From Acaryochloris thomasi RCC1774 (GTDB lineage Bacteria; Cyanobacteriota; Cyanobacteriia; Thermosynechococcales; Thermosynechococcaceae), in NCBI RefSeq assembly GCF_003231495.1, contig NZ_PQWO01000001.1:570001-602000 (forward strand): 32,000 bases of DNA, in the 5' to 3' direction. The notes beneath the pieces are model-generated. The model was given only the letters and a program-made list of their open reading frames with translations. It did no database searches and had not been told where the DNA came from. Below, in pieces: positions 28,789-32,000 of the stretch (position 1 is the first letter of the stretch; every line of letters starts with the position of its first letter). The position numbers and the translations under genes are program-made.

Positions 28789-30033
28789 CTAGGGCGATTT
28801 TAATTTGGCTCGAATGAGAGTGACAGGATTAAGGGGTTGCCAGCGCGTCAGAGTCGCGATCGGGACTGAACGTGACACTTGAATCTGCAATAACTGCGTT
28901 GACCAATGGTGGGTTCGTAGCCAGTGAAGAGCTATTTCTAAGGTTTCTAAGGTTGCGATCGCAAGCACAATAACGGTCTGTTTGCAGGCATGTATTTGAC
29001 AACAATCTAAAATAGTCGATAAGTTTCCGCCACTGCCACCAATAAAAATGCGGTCTGGAGGCGGCAGAGCTGCCAGTACATCGGGTGCTGTTCCGCAAAT
29101 TGCCTCAACGTTGTTGACCGCGAACCGCCGACAGTTTTGCTGGATCAAACGATGTCCAATTACCGTTTTTTCTACGGCATAGACGGTACTGCTCGCTGAA
29201 ATTCTGGCTGTTTCAATGGAAACAGAACCCGTTCCGGCTCCAATATCCCAAATGATCTGATTTTCACGGAGATCAAGTTCTGCGAGAGCTAAGACTCTGA
29301 CCTCACGCTTCGTAATCAGGCTAGGGCGATCAGGAAAGCTTAAAAAGCTCCCGTCCGGCAGACCTAGGTGTGGCCAATCTTGTTCTGAAGGGGTGGGTGT
29401 AAGCCGAATCAGAATAACAATGTTGAGAGCTGCAAAGGTCTGCCCCAGCAGTTGAGAGGGGGCAAATCCCTGCACTTGTTCTGACGGACTTCCTAAATCT
29501 TCGCAAACCCAAAACTGATAGGCGATAGGCAGATCAAGCGTTAGAAATAACTGAGCAATTGCCGCTGGCGTATAGGTGGGATCCGTAAAAATTGCGATTT
29601 TGTCATCCCCTTTCTGCAGGGCCTGAATCAATCGCTCTGGCGATCGCCCGTGCAGACTGACGATGTTCGCATCCTGCCACGGTACTTTGATGCGGCTGAA
29701 GGCCAGTTGGACGGCACTGAGGTGGGGATGAAACGTAAGCTGCTCTGCCGAGAACGTTGTGAGCAGCAGGCGGCCTAATCCAAAAAATAAGGGATCGCCC
29801 GAAGCGAGAATCACGACCTTTTTCTGGGGCGAGATCGCCAAATGGTCCTGGATTTGCTCTAAAGCAGAGCTTAAGTCTCCCAGCGTGAGCTTTGGGGCTG
29901 CATGGCTGGGGAAATAGCTGAGATGGCGCTGACCTCCGACGAGGAGCGTTGCCTGATCGACAGCGGCCTGTGCCGTGGGGCTGAGATCGGCTGCGCCTGC
30001 CAGCCCAATCCCCACCACCACTATGGGGTTCAT
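28789..30033 (-). CDS. cobL: Precorrin-6Y C5,15-methyltransferase (decarboxylating), fused CbiE/CbiT
   Basis: The N-terminal tetrapyrrole-methylase half has VVVGIGLAG and ILASGDPLFFGLG. The C-terminal CbiT half has the SAM motif IWDIGAGTGSVSIE. The start is set at the ATG at 30031-30033, which overlaps the cobH stop as ATGA. Confidence 0.9.
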   Translation of the reverse strand: MNPIVVVGIGLAGAADLSPTAQAAVDQATLLVGGQRHLSYFPSHAAPKLTLGDLSSALEQIQDHLAISPQKKVVILASGDPLFFGLGRLLLTTFSAEQLTFHPHLSAVQLAFSRIKVPWQDANIVSLHGRSPERLIQALQKGDDKIAIFTDPTYTPAAIAQLFLTLDLPIAYQFWVCEDLGSPSEQVQGFAPSQLLGQTFAALNIVILIRLTPTPSEQDWPHLGLPDGSFLSFPDRPSLITKREVRVLALAELDLRENQIIWDIGAGTGSVSIETARISASSTVYAVEKTVIGHRLIQQNCRRFAVNNVEAICGTAPDVLAALPPPDRIFIGGSGGNLSTILDCCQIHACKQTVIVLAIATLETLEIALHWLRTHHWSTQLLQIQVSRSVPIATLTRWQPLNPVTLIRAKLKSP

Positions 30034-30656
30034 AGGGATCGAGGACTCTGACGGTCCCAAGCCAGCATGATCAAGGCATTGATAATCGCAGAGGCGGCTG
30101 GGGACCCCCCTTTGCGGCCCTCAGTCCGAATTTGGGGCACCGCCTGCTGAGCCAAAGCCGCCTTTGATTCAACTACGGAGATGAAGCCGACGGGGGCGCC
30201 AATCACGAGACTAGGTGATTGTGATGCCGTTTTCAGATGGCGGCAGAGGGCCAAAAGCGCTGTGGGTGCGTTACCGATTACGTAGATGCCGGTAGGGTAC
30301 TGCTGTAGACACTGCAGGAGGCCGGTCTCGGTCCTCGTTTGGCCGGGTGCAGCCATCGAGGCGGTGCTCACGGCGGCTATAATTGGGTTGCCGAAAGTAT
30401 CTTGAACGAGCCGCTGGATGCCCCGTGCCACCATTTCAACATCTGTAATGATAGGGGTGCCTTGGGTCAGGGTTGCGATCGCATCTTCAATCACCCCAGA
30501 ACTGAACTGCAGCAGATGCTGAAACTCAAAATCAGCCGTACTGTGAATCACCCGCCGCACCACAGCATACTCATCTGCCGAGAACGAGTGATGACCCATT
30601 TCCTGATCGATTACAGCAAAGCTTTGCTGCAAAATAGGGTGAACCGTCGGAGACAT
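30030..30656 (-). CDS. cobH: Precorrin-8X methylmutase
   Basis: HPILQQSFAVIDQEMG...VVRRVIHSTADFEF...IITDVEMV...YVIGNAPTAL are CobH/CbiC signatures. I prefer the start at the ATG at 30654-30656 (MSPTVHPI). The track ORF begins 11 codons earlier. Confidence 0.88.
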   Translation of the reverse strand: MSPTVHPILQQSFAVIDQEMGHHSFSADEYAVVRRVIHSTADFEFQHLLQFSSGVIEDAIATLTQGTPIITDVEMVARGIQRLVQDTFGNPIIAAVSTASMAAPGQTRTETGLLQCLQQYPTGIYVIGNAPTALLALCRHLKTASQSPSLVIGAPVGFISVVESKAALAQQAVPQIRTEGRKGGSPAASAIINALIMLAWDRQSPRSL

Positions 30657-30816
30657 CTTTACTTCAGATTCATCAGTTGTACAAGCCACAGCATAATAGA
30701 TCGAAGCGTCCTCTTTGGGGCTGCGATGTAAATTGATGCCTGGAACTTCTCACCTCAGGAATGATTCAAGGCTAGCAATATTGCTCTAGAAAAGATTTCG
30801 TTAGATCTTGACAGTC

Positions 30817-31284
30817 ATGGCAAATCGAGTTCACTTCCCCCCACAACCGTCTCAACTTCGTCTGAGCCACCGACTAACCTGGATCTTTTTACTCTCCACA
30901 TCAGCCAGTTTATTAGGGCTAACCCCGAGCCTCACGCAGAACTTCTCACGCATTGAAATTGCCTCCGTTGCCTATGCTCAAGATTTGCTGCTTAAAATCG
31001 ACAATTATGCTAAATCCGTCCTACAGATGGAACCCCTCCGTATTCAAGCCTTGAATCAAGTGCAGGCAGAACTAGGTTCGCAGACCCCGAAAGACGTCTG
31101 CCGTCAAAATGAGCTACCCAACGCAGTGAAAACGATCTGCACCAACTTCTTTAATCAGTCTGCTGAAATTATTCGGCTCAACGGTCTGTCTAACCGGGAG
31201 TTCAATCAAATCACTGAAAAGGTACAGATGGATTCGCTTTATCGACAGCGCCTTAATGAGGCACTGCTGGAACAAACCAAATAA
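30817..31284 (+). CDS. Secreted DUF4168-like protein
   Basis: An N-terminal signal-like segment (LTWIFLLSTSASLLG...ASVAYAQ) is followed by an IDNYAKSVLQMEPLRIQALNQVQ pattern that I associate with DUF4168. A TTG at 30808 is an alternative start. Confidence 0.5.
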   Translation: MANRVHFPPQPSQLRLSHRLTWIFLLSTSASLLGLTPSLTQNFSRIEIASVAYAQDLLLKIDNYAKSVLQMEPLRIQALNQVQAELGSQTPKDVCRQNELPNAVKTICTNFFNQSAEIIRLNGLSNREFNQITEKVQMDSLYRQRLNEALLEQTK

Positions 31285-31355
31285 ACGATTCATTCTCTCA
31301 GCAACAGCTGAGGATGTGCGTCGATCGGTCCTAGATTCGCGTACTCTAAGTTGAT

Positions 31356-32000
31356 ATGCCTGTCTATCTTTACTGGGGTGAAGACCATTACCGCTTGAAC
31401 CGGGCCGTGGAAGCCCTCCATGCCCAAGTGCTTGATCCCGCTTGGCTGAGCTTTAACTACGATAAAATTGAGGTTGGATCCAGTGCGGATGCCGCCACCC
31501 AGATGATGCAGGGATTCAATCAAGCAATGACGCCCCCCTTTGGTGCAGGGCAACGACTGGTGTGGCTGATCAATCCCACCCTCGGGCGACAAGATAGCGA
31601 AGATGTGGTTTCAGAACTGGAGCGCACCCTGCCAGCCCTCCCGGAAACCTCTCACCTGTTGCTCACCTATGCTTCTAAGCCCAATGGTCGCAGTAAAGCG
31701 ATCAAACTTTTGCAAAAGCAAGCCCAAACTCAAGAATTTACCCCCATTCCTCCCTGGAAGACACAGCTTTTGATTCAGTCTGTTAAGCAAGCTGCCTCCG
31801 AGGTGGGTGTCAAGCTGTCTGCTGATGCCGTTGAACTACTGGCTGATTCCATAGGTAACGATACACAGCGTCTCTATTGCGAACTTAACAAGCTGCAGCT
31901 CTATGCTCAGCAGCAGTCTGCGGCCCTCACGGCCGAAGCAGTTGCCAAACTGGTGCCTGCAACCACCCAAAATAGCCTGCAGCTGGCCGATGCCATCCGC
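31356..32000 (+). CDS. holA: DNA polymerase III delta subunit (clamp loader); the 3' end runs off the window
   Basis: Not in the track because it is open-ended. My translation from the ATG at 31356 is open for 215 codons to base 32000. It reads MPVYLYWGEDHYRLNRAVEALHAQVLDPAWLSFNYDKI...PFGAGQRLVWL...AVELLADSIGNDTQRLYCELNKLQLYA, the typical HolA N-terminal and middle-domain pattern. Confidence 0.8.
   Translation, partial: MPVYLYWGEDHYRLNRAVEALHAQVLDPAWLSFNYDKIEVGSSADAATQMMQGFNQAMTPPFGAGQRLVWLINPTLGRQDSEDVVSELERTLPALPETSHLLLTYASKPNGRSKAIKLLQKQAQTQEFTPIPPWKTQLLIQSVKQAASEVGVKLSADAVELLADSIGNDTQRLYCELNKLQLYAQQQSAALTAEAVAKLVPATTQNSLQLADAIR

Noticed and set aside
30657-30807. Possible cobalamin riboswitch upstream of cobH-cobL. 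The minus strand contains GAGGTGAGAAGTTCCAGGC...CGCAGCCCC, reminiscent of the GGTG..AA.TCC / CCCGC core.
   Set aside because: The leader is only about 150 nt. I could not find a B12-box (AGYCMGGAGACCKGCC-like) or the paired helices, and the resemblance is limited to a few short words. A cmsearch with RF00174 would settle it.
31290-31592. A minus-strand 100-aa ORF.
   Set aside because: It is antisense to the open-ended holA reading frame, which has clear clamp-loader delta motifs.

Overview
This is a densely packed cyanobacterial chromosomal segment with about 31 genes and one tRNA. The cyanobacterial origin is supported by at least 18 exact copies of the HIP1 palindrome GCGATCGC, found by eye, and by desC, PTOX, an Hlip helix, cyAbrB and DUF4168-type genes. 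Most of the window is housekeeping: a partial PLP-dependent Met-gamma-lyase-family gene, desC, a CPA1 Na+/H+ antiporter, gyrB, miaA, tmk overlapping holB, tRNA-Phe(GAA), lipA, cobH-cobL (ATGA-coupled) and a partial holA. A more accessory-looking block lies at about 11.3-21.7 kb. It holds a membrane sensor kinase plus a single-domain response regulator, phosphoketolase, plastoquinol terminal oxidase, HxlR-NrtS, and a Rieske oxygenase divergent from a TetR regulator. I found no rRNA, CRISPR array, intact transposon, prophage or recognisable defence system, so the window looks ordinary apart from several unusual domain architectures. The four observations most worth a second look are: (1) sdhB reads through in frame into a complete Hlip/CAB chlorophyll-binding helix. 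(2) The 845-aa histidine kinase has an N-terminal domain that matches the plant ETR1 ethylene-binding domain, including the Cu-ligand Cys and His. (3) The TetR regulator ends in an IS1/IS1595-type transposase zinc ribbon. (4) Two long AT-rich intergenic regions carry nested inverted repeats, one of them MITE-like. Product calls come from my own reading of the supplied translations and recalled family motifs. No database search was run.
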